Below, piece by piece: positions 10,169 through 20,101 of a stretch of 64,000 bases of DNA. The DNA is taken from positions 123,593-187,592 of the forward strand of contig JBOEGD010000007.1 of the NCBI GenBank assembly GCA_050633245.1, given 5' to 3'. The position numbers and the translations under genes were made by a program. The notes under the pieces were generated by a model that did no database searches, was not told the DNA's origin, and saw only the letters and a list, made by a program, of their open reading frames with translations. The DNA comes from Calditrichia bacterium (lineage in GTDB: Bacteria > Calditrichota > Calditrichia > RBG-13-44-9 > J075). How positions within the stretch are numbered: the first letter of the stretch is position 1; each line of letters opens with the position of its first letter.

Positions 10169-12517
10169 TTACTCGTTCCAGTTTACTTTTTCAATTTTGG
10201 CCAGTACCGACTCCCGGTGGTTAAACAACACCTTTTTCGGCTTTTCAGAAACGATATAGCTGAATTGATTCATTTGTTCACGAATATTAATCCGCTTCAT
10301 CTCTATCTGCTCCTTTGCATACTCAATCCCAACCAACATTGGCATTTGGAACTGCGCAGAGACATCGCACCGTTCTACTTGTAGTTCGACCAGCCACTGG
10401 CCATCAGACGTTTCGCTGATTTTTGAGGCCACGCGGTATTCCGGTATCTCTGTGCCGTAAACCCACTGCTCAAAAAACCAGTCCAGCTCTTCACCCGTCT
10501 GAGCTTCAACCCAATGCTGGAAGTCTTCGGTGCTGACCCGCTTTCCAATATTCTCCTGAAAAAATCCACGCACAATATCTGTAAATCGCTGCTCACTTGC
10601 CGTTTCAAGAGCCATAAACATACTGCTGAGCATGTGCAGCACCCACGCACCTTTTTTGTAAATAATTAGCGTATAGTCGCCTTTGGTCTCGCTGTTTTGC
10701 ACACGCGGACCAAGCCAGATGGGCGCAGCCTGCATGCCCTCACCAAAGAAAAAGCTGCGATTATTGACAATTTTTTCGCGCCAGGCCTTTACAATGTCAT
10801 AAAATTTCTTTTCATCTTCATCATTGAGTAGCAGATTGTGAAAATAGCTCCAGCCGGCATATTCAGCAAAGCCCTCACTTAACCACTGATCATGATAAGT
10901 CTGAAAATCTACGCCGATCCCCCACCACTGATGAGCCACTTCATGTGCACGAAAAATTTGATCGTCGCCGGCATCATTGGTATTTTGGAAGGTTAACCAA
11001 GCCAGGTGCAGAAGTCCGGGAAATGCTTCACCATGTCCATAGGGAATATCTGTGGCATACAGTCGCGAAGATGCCAGATCTCCATAGATTTTACGGAAGT
11101 AAGACACGCTATTGGCAATATCCTCACCCACTTCAATTTCCATATTGCGACCGCTACCAACGCCGCTACTCGCCAGCTGTCGACCGATTTCCTGATGTCC
11201 CGTTTCCGACATCATCACACTGATTGGAATGGTGCTATCGGCAAGAACTTCATGGTCGGTAAAAAATCCAACGTTAAACGATCCGTTGCGAATCGGCTGT
11301 TCGCTCGTCCACTGTGTGATCCGGTTTTTATCGATCAGGCTATCGCTAGCCAATTCTCCAAAGCTGGCAAAAGACATGTTTTCAGGAACCGTGTAGCGCA
11401 CGTCAAAGGTTGATAGCTGCTGAAAGTCGTGACGCGGATACCACCCTTTGGAGGATTGGATAAAGAACCAGTCCTTCCGGCGTTCAATTAAATCTCCGTG
11501 ATAATAGATGGTAAGACTTCTGCTATCGTCACGGCTTAAAATTGAATCGGCTTTTATCCATAGAAGCGCATTTTCCTTCTCTTTTACAAATTCAGCGTGT
11601 TGACCACTATCCCAAATTAATGAATCGATCTTCAGCTTATAATACAGAAAAACGTGCAGCCACTTTTGCTCATCCTGAAGCATGGTGATATCGAGTCGCG
11701 TTTTCGCGGCAAACTCCAGCTGGCTGCCTTTCAACGTGCAGTCGATATCGTAATGGGTAATGTGCATACTGCTATGTGATTCGGGAATAATCTGTTCCTG
11801 ACGATAGTCACTTTCCTTATGGAACTGATTGATGACCTCACGCAAGTGTAGAAAAGAGGCTCCCTTTCGGCGTCTACTAAAGCGAATTTCCTCATCCTCG
11901 TAAGGATTTATCTCGAAGAACCAGGGATCAAACTGCCTCTCGCTGAAGTGCGCATAAAACAGGCCGTTTTGCGAATCGTTAAGTAAGGTACGGAGAAAAA
12001 GATAGTCGAAACGCTTTTTCTTTTTTTGCCAAAGATATTTTAAGGCATAGTCGACTTCAGACTGTGCCTTGCGAGGTAATTTGCTTTTGGTAAAATCGAG
12101 TTTGTTGCGTAATTCTTCTTCTGTTTTATCAGCAAAGAACAAAAAGACACGCTTAAGCTTTTGATTCACCTCTTCCTTCTCAGTAAAACGAGAAAGCTGC
12201 TCGCGTTCAACTTTGGTTGGAGGTGTCATCCGAAAACTCCCCTTACCGATAAAAACGGCTCCATGAATCCGTCCATCAACCGGTTTCAGAAATGCAATTT
12301 TTCCTTCCTGAAGCAGAAACGTTCCGGCATCGCGTCGCAATGTCAGGTTACGCACGTCTGCAACCTGCTCCTTATCAATTTCCAAACTCGTTAACTGCTC
12401 AAATAAGCGTTCATAATCTTCCGGGACTTCGCGGTCGTCTTCAGCAAATCCGGCGCTTACCACAATTGTGAGAAGCGCGATAATAATAAAAGCATATCGT
12501 GAACAGGTATTCAGCAT
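10169..12517 (-). CDS. M1 family aminopeptidase
   Basis: HEVAHQWWG…WLSEGFAEY and YKKG. Confidence 0.88.
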   Translation of the reverse strand: MLNTCSRYAFIIIALLTIVVSAGFAEDDREVPEDYERLFEQLTSLEIDKEQVADVRNLTLRRDAGTFLLQEGKIAFLKPVDGRIHGAVFIGKGSFRMTPPTKVEREQLSRFTEKEEVNQKLKRVFLFFADKTEEELRNKLDFTKSKLPRKAQSEVDYALKYLWQKKKKRFDYLFLRTLLNDSQNGLFYAHFSERQFDPWFFEINPYEDEEIRFSRRRKGASFLHLREVINQFHKESDYRQEQIIPESHSSMHITHYDIDCTLKGSQLEFAAKTRLDITMLQDEQKWLHVFLYYKLKIDSLIWDSGQHAEFVKEKENALLWIKADSILSRDDSRSLTIYYHGDLIERRKDWFFIQSSKGWYPRHDFQQLSTFDVRYTVPENMSFASFGELASDSLIDKNRITQWTSEQPIRNGSFNVGFFTDHEVLADSTIPISVMMSETGHQEIGRQLASSGVGSGRNMEIEVGEDIANSVSYFRKIYGDLASSRLYATDIPYGHGEAFPGLLHLAWLTFQNTNDAGDDQIFRAHEVAHQWWGIGVDFQTYHDQWLSEGFAEYAGWSYFHNLLLNDEDEKKFYDIVKAWREKIVNNRSFFFGEGMQAAPIWLGPRVQNSETKGDYTLIIYKKGAWVLHMLSSMFMALETASEQRFTDIVRGFFQENIGKRVSTEDFQHWVEAQTGEELDWFFEQWVYGTEIPEYRVASKISETSDGQWLVELQVERCDVSAQFQMPMLVGIEYAKEQIEMKRINIREQMNQFSYIVSEKPKKVLFNHRESVLAKIEKVNWNE

Positions 12518-15500
12518 TAATGCGTTCCAAAACAGCCACAGTGTGGATCGGAAAAACCGCTATCTTCACGCCAGACGAAACCATCGCTACTGCGCGGGTC
12601 TTCCCAATAAAAAGGCCGTCGTTTCTTCGAATAATTGCCCACTTCATCGAGCGTTGCCGCATCATAGAGCCTGCCGTTGAGCATGACGTGGCTTATCTTT
12701 TCGCTATTGTAAATTGACTCTAGTGGATTGGCATTAAGAACGACCAAATCGGCGAGCTTGCCGGTTTCCAGGCTGCCCAGTTCATGATCCATTCCGATAT
12801 AATGTGCACCGTTCCGGGTTGAAGCATGAATTGCCTCAAGAGGCGACATCCCCCCCTGAACCAACATCCATAGCTCCCAATGACTTCCCAACCCCTGAAG
12901 CTGCCCGTGGGCACCCAGGTTAACCTTAACACCCCGATCGGCCAGAGCTTTACACGTTTTGGCATTTGCATAATGTCCGTATTCTTCTTCCGGAGCCATG
13001 GAACGACGGCGCGAGCGGCTATCCACCAGGGCACGCGGAGTAAAGTTGAGCAACAACTCGTTTTCCCAAACTCTGGTATGCTGATACCAATAGTTCTCGC
13101 CCCAAATTCCGCCATAGGCAACCGTGAGCGTCGGCGTATAGCCGGTACCGCTATTTCCCCAGAAATTCAGCACGTCTTCATAAACCGGGTTTACCGGAAT
13201 AGAGTGTTCGATACCGGTATGTCCATCGGCAATCATGCTCATATTATGATAGAAGAAAGAACCACCTTCCGGATAAACAAGCATATCCAACTCTCGTGCG
13301 GCCTGCATCACCTGCTGCCGCTGATCGCGACGTGGCTGGTTATAGCTCTTTACTGAGAATGCGCCAACAGCTTTCATGCGGCGCAGATGAGACCGCGCAT
13401 CGTCCAGACTATTAATGACTGCTTTGAAATCGCCTTCAGCGCCGTATAGAATCGTTCCTGTCGAGAAGATACGCGGTCCAATCATAACTCCGCGCTTTAT
13501 CATTTCTGATTGACTGAAGACCATCTCTGTGGACGCAGACGGATCGTGCGTTGTGGTGACACCAAACGAGAGGTTCGCCATGTAGGACCAATTCTGAGGA
13601 GTTGAAATACCACCAGACCAGTGTCCCATGTGTGCATGCACATCAACCAGCCCCGGCATGATGGTTTTGCCTTTTACGTCGATCACCTTTGCCTCTACCG
13701 GAACAATGATGTCTGCACGCGCGCCAATCTGCATAATTCGGTTTTGATCGACAATAATGGTGCCGTCTTCGATCACCTCATCACCCTTGGAGGTAATGAT
13801 TCTCGCGCCAACCAATGCCAGCTTTCCATTGGGAATATCGCTCTCCAAAACCAGATTTATTTCTGTTCCGGTAGTATCTACTGCCGGGAGGCTATCTGGT
13901 GCCCCTTCAACAAATGTAAATGAGTTGTTCAACTTGCGTGTGTAGTATTCCTGTCCGGTTGTCCAGTGCAGAGCTTTACTATTTGCCGACCAGTGCAGAC
14001 TGATACCGGCATCGCGGGTTAACTTTGTTTGCGGCAAGCTGCTGTTGCCTGAGCTAAGATCCAATGTTGTTGCAACTGCAGGATTGGCGGTTACATATAC
14101 ATTGTAGAGCTCCTGATAGGCAATCCAACGTTCATCCGGGCTTACGGCAATTTCCGTAGCATACTTAGAGGTTACATGCGTTCGCGGATCGGTGCCGTCC
14201 AGCGTCACGCTCTTTAGCGCTTTCTTACCATTTTCCCAGCTACGGAAATAGATACGGTCACCTTTGCGATTAAAACACGGGCTATTTCCTTCCTGAATAA
14301 TCAGGTGTTCATCACCACCAGACTCGGCAATCCAATATAACCCGGGATTAACAGCATGCGTATAACCAAGCACCGAATTCCCACTACCGCGTCTATAGGT
14401 AAGAACAACACCGTCCGGTGAATAGGATGGTGAGTAGAAATAGCCCTTCTTAGAGGTGACAGCAATCGAGTTACCACCTTTAAGTTTTACCCGGCGAATG
14501 GCACCCAGTGCTGTATCGTTCCAGGTCGTGTAGGCAATCCATTTTCCATCTGGGCTAAATGATGGCTCAAATTCAAAGACTTCTTTGTCTTTTGTCAGCC
14601 GTTTTGGCTTACCGTTGGGTAACTTCTTCTTCCAGAGATGCCCCGCTGCATTGAACACCAGCCATTTTCCATCTGGTGAAGAGGTTGCATGCCGGATCAT
14701 TTTAGCCGTGAACTTCTCGGGTAGAACTTCCTGTCGAGACAATACCGCCTTGGCAATTGAAGTGCTTACTTCGGCTTTGAAAGGAATAGTTACTGCGGTA
14801 CGGCTCTTGACGTTCACCTTCATCAACTTGCCCTTCGCCCAAATCACAATCGACGTGCCGTCAGGAGTCCAGTCATATCCGGGGTAAACGCCAAAGGTTG
14901 CCCAGGTTTCCTGCTGATCTTTGCTAAGACCATCATAAATCGGCCATTGTTCACCGGTTTCGAGGCTGGTAATAAATAATACCGACTTGGTGCGAATGCG
15001 ACGTATGAACGACAGATACTTTCCATCAGGAGAAACTTGTGGTCGAATTGCGCCGCCCTGCCCGGTTACAAAATTAGTCAGGCGATCTTTTTCGAGGTCG
15101 ACACGGCGAATGACGTAGATCTGAGTGTTAGGATCTTTATTGTATTGGAAGGTGCTGCCACCACTCATGTCTTCACTAAAAAAGAGATATCGTCCATCTG
15201 GTGTAATTGCCGGTTCACCGACATCCTGCTGATCATTCTTGCGGGTCGTCAGCTTAACGCCTCCTCCCCCACTTCGATGATACAACCACATCTCGCCGGC
15301 ACCAAGCGAGCGACGACTGGTAAAGTGTTTTTTAGCAATCAAATATTCGCCATTCGGCATCCAAACAGCATTGTTCAGAAGACGAAACTTTTCTTTTGTC
15401 ACCTGGGCAGGATCTGAACCATCTTTCTTCATGATCCAGATATTGTCTCCACCAGCGCGATCGCTGGTATAACTAATTGATTTTCCATCCGGACTAAAGC

Positions 15501-15780
15501 GCGGCTGAACTTCCCAGGCAAGGCCACTTGCAATTGGAGTGGCTTTACCGCCAGACATTGGTAAGGTATAGATGTCTCCCAATAAGTCGAAGGCTATTGT
15601 TTTTCCATCAGGACTTACGTCCAGATTCATCCAGGTTCCTTCGTCAACGGTAAAGCTGACGGTATCAGCCGGGCCGCGATGCTGCATGACGTCCCATTTA
15701 TCTTTTTTATCGGATGCGAATAGAATAGCAGGCAATAAAAAGCATAGCAGTGTTACATACAAACGCAGATTGTTCATCAT
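12517..15780 (-). CDS. Amidohydrolase with N-terminal TolB/PD40 beta-propellers
   Basis: PD40 repeats, PGLVDVHAH, GSLETGKLADLVVL. Confidence 0.9.
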   Translation of the reverse strand: MMNNLRLYVTLLCFLLPAILFASDKKDKWDVMQHRGPADTVSFTVDEGTWMNLDVSPDGKTIAFDLLGDIYTLPMSGGKATPIASGLAWEVQPRFSPDGKSISYTSDRAGGDNIWIMKKDGSDPAQVTKEKFRLLNNAVWMPNGEYLIAKKHFTSRRSLGAGEMWLYHRSGGGGVKLTTRKNDQQDVGEPAITPDGRYLFFSEDMSGGSTFQYNKDPNTQIYVIRRVDLEKDRLTNFVTGQGGAIRPQVSPDGKYLSFIRRIRTKSVLFITSLETGEQWPIYDGLSKDQQETWATFGVYPGYDWTPDGTSIVIWAKGKLMKVNVKSRTAVTIPFKAEVSTSIAKAVLSRQEVLPEKFTAKMIRHATSSPDGKWLVFNAAGHLWKKKLPNGKPKRLTKDKEVFEFEPSFSPDGKWIAYTTWNDTALGAIRRVKLKGGNSIAVTSKKGYFYSPSYSPDGVVLTYRRGSGNSVLGYTHAVNPGLYWIAESGGDEHLIIQEGNSPCFNRKGDRIYFRSWENGKKALKSVTLDGTDPRTHVTSKYATEIAVSPDERWIAYQELYNVYVTANPAVATTLDLSSGNSSLPQTKLTRDAGISLHWSANSKALHWTTGQEYYTRKLNNSFTFVEGAPDSLPAVDTTGTEINLVLESDIPNGKLALVGARIITSKGDEVIEDGTIIVDQNRIMQIGARADIIVPVEAKVIDVKGKTIMPGLVDVHAHMGHWSGGISTPQNWSYMANLSFGVTTTHDPSASTEMVFSQSEMIKRGVMIGPRIFSTGTILYGAEGDFKAVINSLDDARSHLRRMKAVGAFSVKSYNQPRRDQRQQVMQAARELDMLVYPEGGSFFYHNMSMIADGHTGIEHSIPVNPVYEDVLNFWGNSGTGYTPTLTVAYGGIWGENYWYQHTRVWENELLLNFTPRALVDSRSRRRSMAPEEEYGHYANAKTCKALADRGVKVNLGAHGQLQGLGSHWELWMLVQGGMSPLEAIHASTRNGAHYIGMDHELGSLETGKLADLVVLNANPLESIYNSEKISHVMLNGRLYDAATLDEVGNYSKKRRPFYWEDPRSSDGFVWREDSGFSDPHCGCFGTH

Positions 15781-15933
15781 GATTCTCCATCGTAGGCGGT
15801 AAGAGTATTGTGGAATAATCCAGTGTACGGATGGCCCACGATAATGTCAAGAGTCCGGCATCATATGGTATCGGAATTTCATAATATGCGAATTGATTAT
15901 CTCAGGAAAAATACCCAATGTGGGGGATATTTT

Positions 15934-15959
15934 GAGAGCAGAGAGCAGAGAACAGAGAA
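15934..15959 (+). repeat. Heptamer tandem repeat (gagagca/gagaaca)
   Basis: gagagca gagagca gagaaca gagaa. Confidence 0.7.
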
Positions 15960-16048
15960 TTTAATGTATCGTGGTAACGCATTATTGTGCGTCATATTTT
16001 TAGATCGCAACCGCGGGACACAACCCTAAGTGTCATCAAGGAGCGTTA

Positions 16049-16508
16049 TCAGTCCGAGGCACTACCAACAAGAACGTACACCTGGTCCGGAAATTCAATG
16101 ATATAATAAAAATCCCATAATTCTGGATAAAACGGATGTCCAACATCTAAAATAATCGATATAAAACGGCGTGCGTCTTCCATAAACCAGCCGAATTCCA
16201 TGCAAATAGACTCAACCGCATCGTTGTGCTCTTGCGAGGATAGATATAGTTTTGAAGGGTGTGCTCCAGCTCCCCTCCATATGTTAATGCTTCCTTAACC
16301 TGTCTATGAGATCTTCTTTCAAAACGTATTTATGATCTCCGGATGTAGCCCCATCCTCAAAACACTCTCTTAATATAACAGAAACCGATTCATCAACCAC
16401 ATTCCCTGCTCGAAACAACTCTATACTAACAGTATAGTTCATACCGTCTTTCAACAGTTTTTCAGCTACATTTTGAAGAGCAATATTGATTTTTTTAATT
16501 CCAGTCAT
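16049..16508 (-). pseudogene. Frameshifted small hypothetical protein gene (~150 aa)
   Basis: ORF 16508-16284 continues after two apparent 1-nt deletions as QVKEALTYGG/AGAHPSKLY…ILDVGHPFYPELWDFYYIIEFPDQVYVLVGSASD* (TGA 16049-16051). Confidence 0.6.
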
Positions 16509-16662
16509 ATAAATTGCCTCATTGCTTCATCTACCCGCGATTAAAGTCATGGGCATTGAACCTTTCCCCTCACGGCGAAGTTGATTCTGAGATTGCCAAA
16601 GGGCTCAGGGAACAGTTCTTTGAATATTGCTGAAGCAAATCCTGGATCACAACGCGTCGGGA

Positions 16663-16686
16663 AACTCTGAACTCTGAACTCTGAAC
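16663..16686 (+). repeat. Heptamer tandem repeat (aactctg)x3
   Basis: aactctgaactctgaactctgaac. Confidence 0.7.
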
Positions 16687-16889
16687 GGATATAATCTACA
16701 CCAATGTGACACAAAAGACAATTGTGTCGTCTGGATTGCCTTATTATATCAAAGAATACCCTACCACGATTGAATCAGTGTATTAAAGCCATCTCACGCG
16801 AGCCGAAACGGCAACTATTGGCATTATTAATCCTGCTCCCCTACTCAGAGGGGATAGAGATTTTCAGACTCAATATAAGAGGACGCCCC

Positions 16890-19800
16890 ATGTTAAAAGG
16901 AATTACGCTCTATCTTTGCTGCATAACCTTCTTCTCAGTTACAACATTTGCTCAGAACCTTGAGATCAACAGTATTTCTCCCTCACCAAACCAACTCAAC
17001 GTCGATGCAAACTCGACACTGACCATTACATTTAACCTGGACGTCGATAATTCGACTGTAAATGCGAGCACCATTGTTCTGCGTGGAAGCCAAAGCGGCG
17101 TTCTACCCGCCACCTACGCGGTAAACAATGCCATTGTGGTGATCGATCCCGCAAGTGATTTCCGTTTGGGAGAGCGTATTTCGCTAACTCTCACTACAGG
17201 TATCCAGAGCAGCGGCGGTTCGCCCCTACAGCGCGGACATACCTATTCATTTACCATTCGTAGTGCGACCGTAGCAACATCGGCTCTTTCCTTTGCGCAG
17301 CGGGATATGAGCAGCATTGGCCAACAAGGACGCGAAGTTCAGGCATTGGACTATGATAAGGACGGAGATCTGGATATTCTCGCATCTGCTGAGGGCGTGC
17401 CGGAAAGGCTGCATATTTTTGAAAACCGCGGCAACAATGAGTTTTGTGCCTTTCAACCGGGTGTTGCCTTCCGCTTTATCGAAATGTTCGATATTGACGG
17501 TGATGGAGACTTCGACAGTTTTGGCTCTACCGGGGCCTTTGATACCGAAATAAACTGGTTTGAGAATGAGGGCTCCACTCCCTTTACGGAGCGCTTTATA
17601 AGCAGCACAGATCCGTGGACAATGACAGGCGGCGATATCGACAGCGATGGAGACATCGATCTTCTCGCAGCCGTGCTGATTCCAAACCGGCTACTGTGGT
17701 TCGCCAACGACGGGTCAGGAAATTTTAGCTCGGGAACGTCAATACCGACCAGCTTTGGTGGCGGCTCGGATTCATACTTCCATATTGTCGATATGAATGG
17801 CGACGGAGCAATGGACATCCTCGCCTTTCAGCGTGACGACCGAACTCTGGTCTGGTATGAAAACGACGGATCGCAGAGCTTTACAGAAATCAATATCAAC
17901 ACCGGGACCGATCGCAGTCGCATTGAATATGGTGATATCGACAGCGATGGAGATATTGATATTGCCCGAAGCTCGCTCGAAAATTCACCTTCGGAGCCGC
18001 TCTCGTGGTTTGAAAATACCGGCAGCAGCTTCACCGAACATCCAATTACAACCTCGGCAACCAATAGACTGGCGGGTTTGTTTGTCGGAGATGCCGATGG
18101 TGATGGAGCAACAGATATTCTTGCCGGAGCTTTTCTTTTTCGTAACGATGGTTCCCAGAACTTTGCAGAAGTATTAATTAACGAAGGTTTATCGACCGGT
18201 TTTACCCCCTTCTCTTATGCTCTGGGACTGGCTGATATGGATGAAGATGGTGATATCGATCTGCTGTCTACGGGAATCTATGCCGTAAGCTGGCAGGAAC
18301 GCACTCCTCTAATGCAGGTTCTTTCAACTAACCCGCAAAACGGTGACGTCGATGTGGAGGCCGGTACGGGTATTCAGATAACTTTTTCGGAAGATGTTGG
18401 CAGTTCAGCAGCAAGCTCAATTCGTGTATACAGCCAGGTTCGGGGAAATATCGAGGGCACTATAAGCGGTAGCGGAAGCTCGACCCTAACATTCCAGCCA
18501 AATGCAGTATTCCTGCCCGGAGAGCAAATTAGCGTTTCCATTCACCCCGAGACCGCCGGAGCAGATGGGAAGCTCGAAACCGGTTATGGATTTACATTTC
18601 AGGCGGCAACCAGGGCAACCAATCAATTTACATTCTCAGCTCATCCGATACAAAACATGGCAAGTAATGTGAGTGGATTGGATGTGGCAGACATAGATGG
18701 CGATGGTGATATTGATTTGCTTTCAACCTCCTTCAGCGAGCTGTTTTGGCATGAAAACGACGGTAATGGATCATTTACACCTATTTCTCTACCGATAAGC
18801 GATGTTCCGGTCTCTGTCTTTGCCACGGACTATAATACTGATGGCTTCATGGATATCTGGATAGACTACGATGGCGGTTCTTCGAGCAGCGTTTACCTGA
18901 ATGACGGTTCTCAAAACTTTAGCGAGCTAACCAATGTAGGTCGTGGCGAGCTGCAGCAAACGCTGGATATAAATCATGACGGTGATACGGATCTTCTCTT
19001 TCTTGCTTATATCAACGACTGGATACTTTGGACGGACTATGCCTGCGAAGGCCATATCGAAGTTGGCAACGTCCCTCGTGTTGCCACTCGGGCAGCGGTG
19101 GCAGCTGATATTGACAATGACGGAGATACGGATTTTATCGGTGCTGCATTTGGTGCAGGTGCCTCTCTCTATGAAAATGTTGGTCATATGCTGTATATCA
19201 ACTCACCCATCGACAATGCAAATACGATTGCAGCAGAAATAGCAGATCTGAATAACGACAATATTCCGGATCCGATTTTTATTGAAAACTTCTCTGCTTT
19301 GGTCTGGTATCAAACCAGCCTCGCAGGAGATTCCATTAGTTTTGGTGCGCGCCAGGAAATTGCACCACTGAATCAGGATCCGCGGGACGTTTTAGCAGCT
19401 GACATTGATGGTGACGGTGATCCGGATGTTGTCGGCGTCAGTCGCAATGATGATAAAGTGGTATGGTATGAAAACCGGCTAAATGAAGTCGGCAACGACT
19501 TCGGCCCCGAGCAATCGATTGGTACCGCCTCAAATGGCCCTATTCAGGTTGAAGCTGCGGATTTAGATGGAGATGGCGACCTCGATATTATAGTTATTTC
19601 CGAACAAGATGACAGGCTAATCTGGTTTGAGAACAACGGAACGCCCGTTGGAATTCACGACAACGATTCTCAAACAGCTCTCACGTTTCATCTTGCACAA
19701 AATTATCCAAACCCATTCAACCCTTCTACCACAATTGAATACAGTCTGCCTCGCAGTTCAACAGTTACACTGGTTATCTATAATACGGCTGGTCAAAAAA

Positions 19801-19958
19801 TAAAAACTCTCGTTAATGCGCAGCAGAAAGCCGGATCACAAATGGTTGACTGGGATGGGACAGATGATTCCGGCAATCGAGTTGCCAGCGGTATCTATCT
19901 GTATCGATTAAAAGTGGAAGACAATATATTCTCTCGAAAAATGTTGCTTGTTCGTTAG
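16890..19958 (+). CDS. Secreted FG-GAP/VCBS repeat protein with two Ig-like (Big_5) domains and a FlgD-Ig/T9SS-type C-terminal tail
   Basis: Many DxDGDGDxD repeats; LAQNYPNPFNPST…WDGTDDSGNRVASGIYLYRL. Confidence 0.85.
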   Translation: MLKGITLYLCCITFFSVTTFAQNLEINSISPSPNQLNVDANSTLTITFNLDVDNSTVNASTIVLRGSQSGVLPATYAVNNAIVVIDPASDFRLGERISLTLTTGIQSSGGSPLQRGHTYSFTIRSATVATSALSFAQRDMSSIGQQGREVQALDYDKDGDLDILASAEGVPERLHIFENRGNNEFCAFQPGVAFRFIEMFDIDGDGDFDSFGSTGAFDTEINWFENEGSTPFTERFISSTDPWTMTGGDIDSDGDIDLLAAVLIPNRLLWFANDGSGNFSSGTSIPTSFGGGSDSYFHIVDMNGDGAMDILAFQRDDRTLVWYENDGSQSFTEININTGTDRSRIEYGDIDSDGDIDIARSSLENSPSEPLSWFENTGSSFTEHPITTSATNRLAGLFVGDADGDGATDILAGAFLFRNDGSQNFAEVLINEGLSTGFTPFSYALGLADMDEDGDIDLLSTGIYAVSWQERTPLMQVLSTNPQNGDVDVEAGTGIQITFSEDVGSSAASSIRVYSQVRGNIEGTISGSGSSTLTFQPNAVFLPGEQISVSIHPETAGADGKLETGYGFTFQAATRATNQFTFSAHPIQNMASNVSGLDVADIDGDGDIDLLSTSFSELFWHENDGNGSFTPISLPISDVPVSVFATDYNTDGFMDIWIDYDGGSSSSVYLNDGSQNFSELTNVGRGELQQTLDINHDGDTDLLFLAYINDWILWTDYACEGHIEVGNVPRVATRAAVAADIDNDGDTDFIGAAFGAGASLYENVGHMLYINSPIDNANTIAAEIADLNNDNIPDPIFIENFSALVWYQTSLAGDSISFGARQEIAPLNQDPRDVLAADIDGDGDPDVVGVSRNDDKVVWYENRLNEVGNDFGPEQSIGTASNGPIQVEAADLDGDGDLDIIVISEQDDRLIWFENNGTPVGIHDNDSQTALTFHLAQNYPNPFNPSTTIEYSLPRSSTVTLVIYNTAGQKIKTLVNAQQKAGSQMVDWDGTDDSGNRVASGIYLYRLKVEDNIFSRKMLLVR

Positions 19959-20101
19959 CCTAAACACGCTTTTAGTCAAATAAAGATTCGTCTTTAAAAT
20001 AGAAAAAAAATACTGCTCAAAACCAGAAGATTATTAGCCGTTTTTGTTACAAACGGCTTATATATTAAATTGTTAAATAATCGAAATGGCCGGAGCAGTT
20101 A

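Noticed and set aside
16540-16632. Coding-like fragment …PHGEVDSEIAKGLREQFFEYC*
   Set aside because: Too short and unrecognisable; possibly a gene remnant.
17300-19640. Repeated gatatcgacagcgatggagat-like DNA units
   Set aside because: They encode FG-GAP protein repeats.
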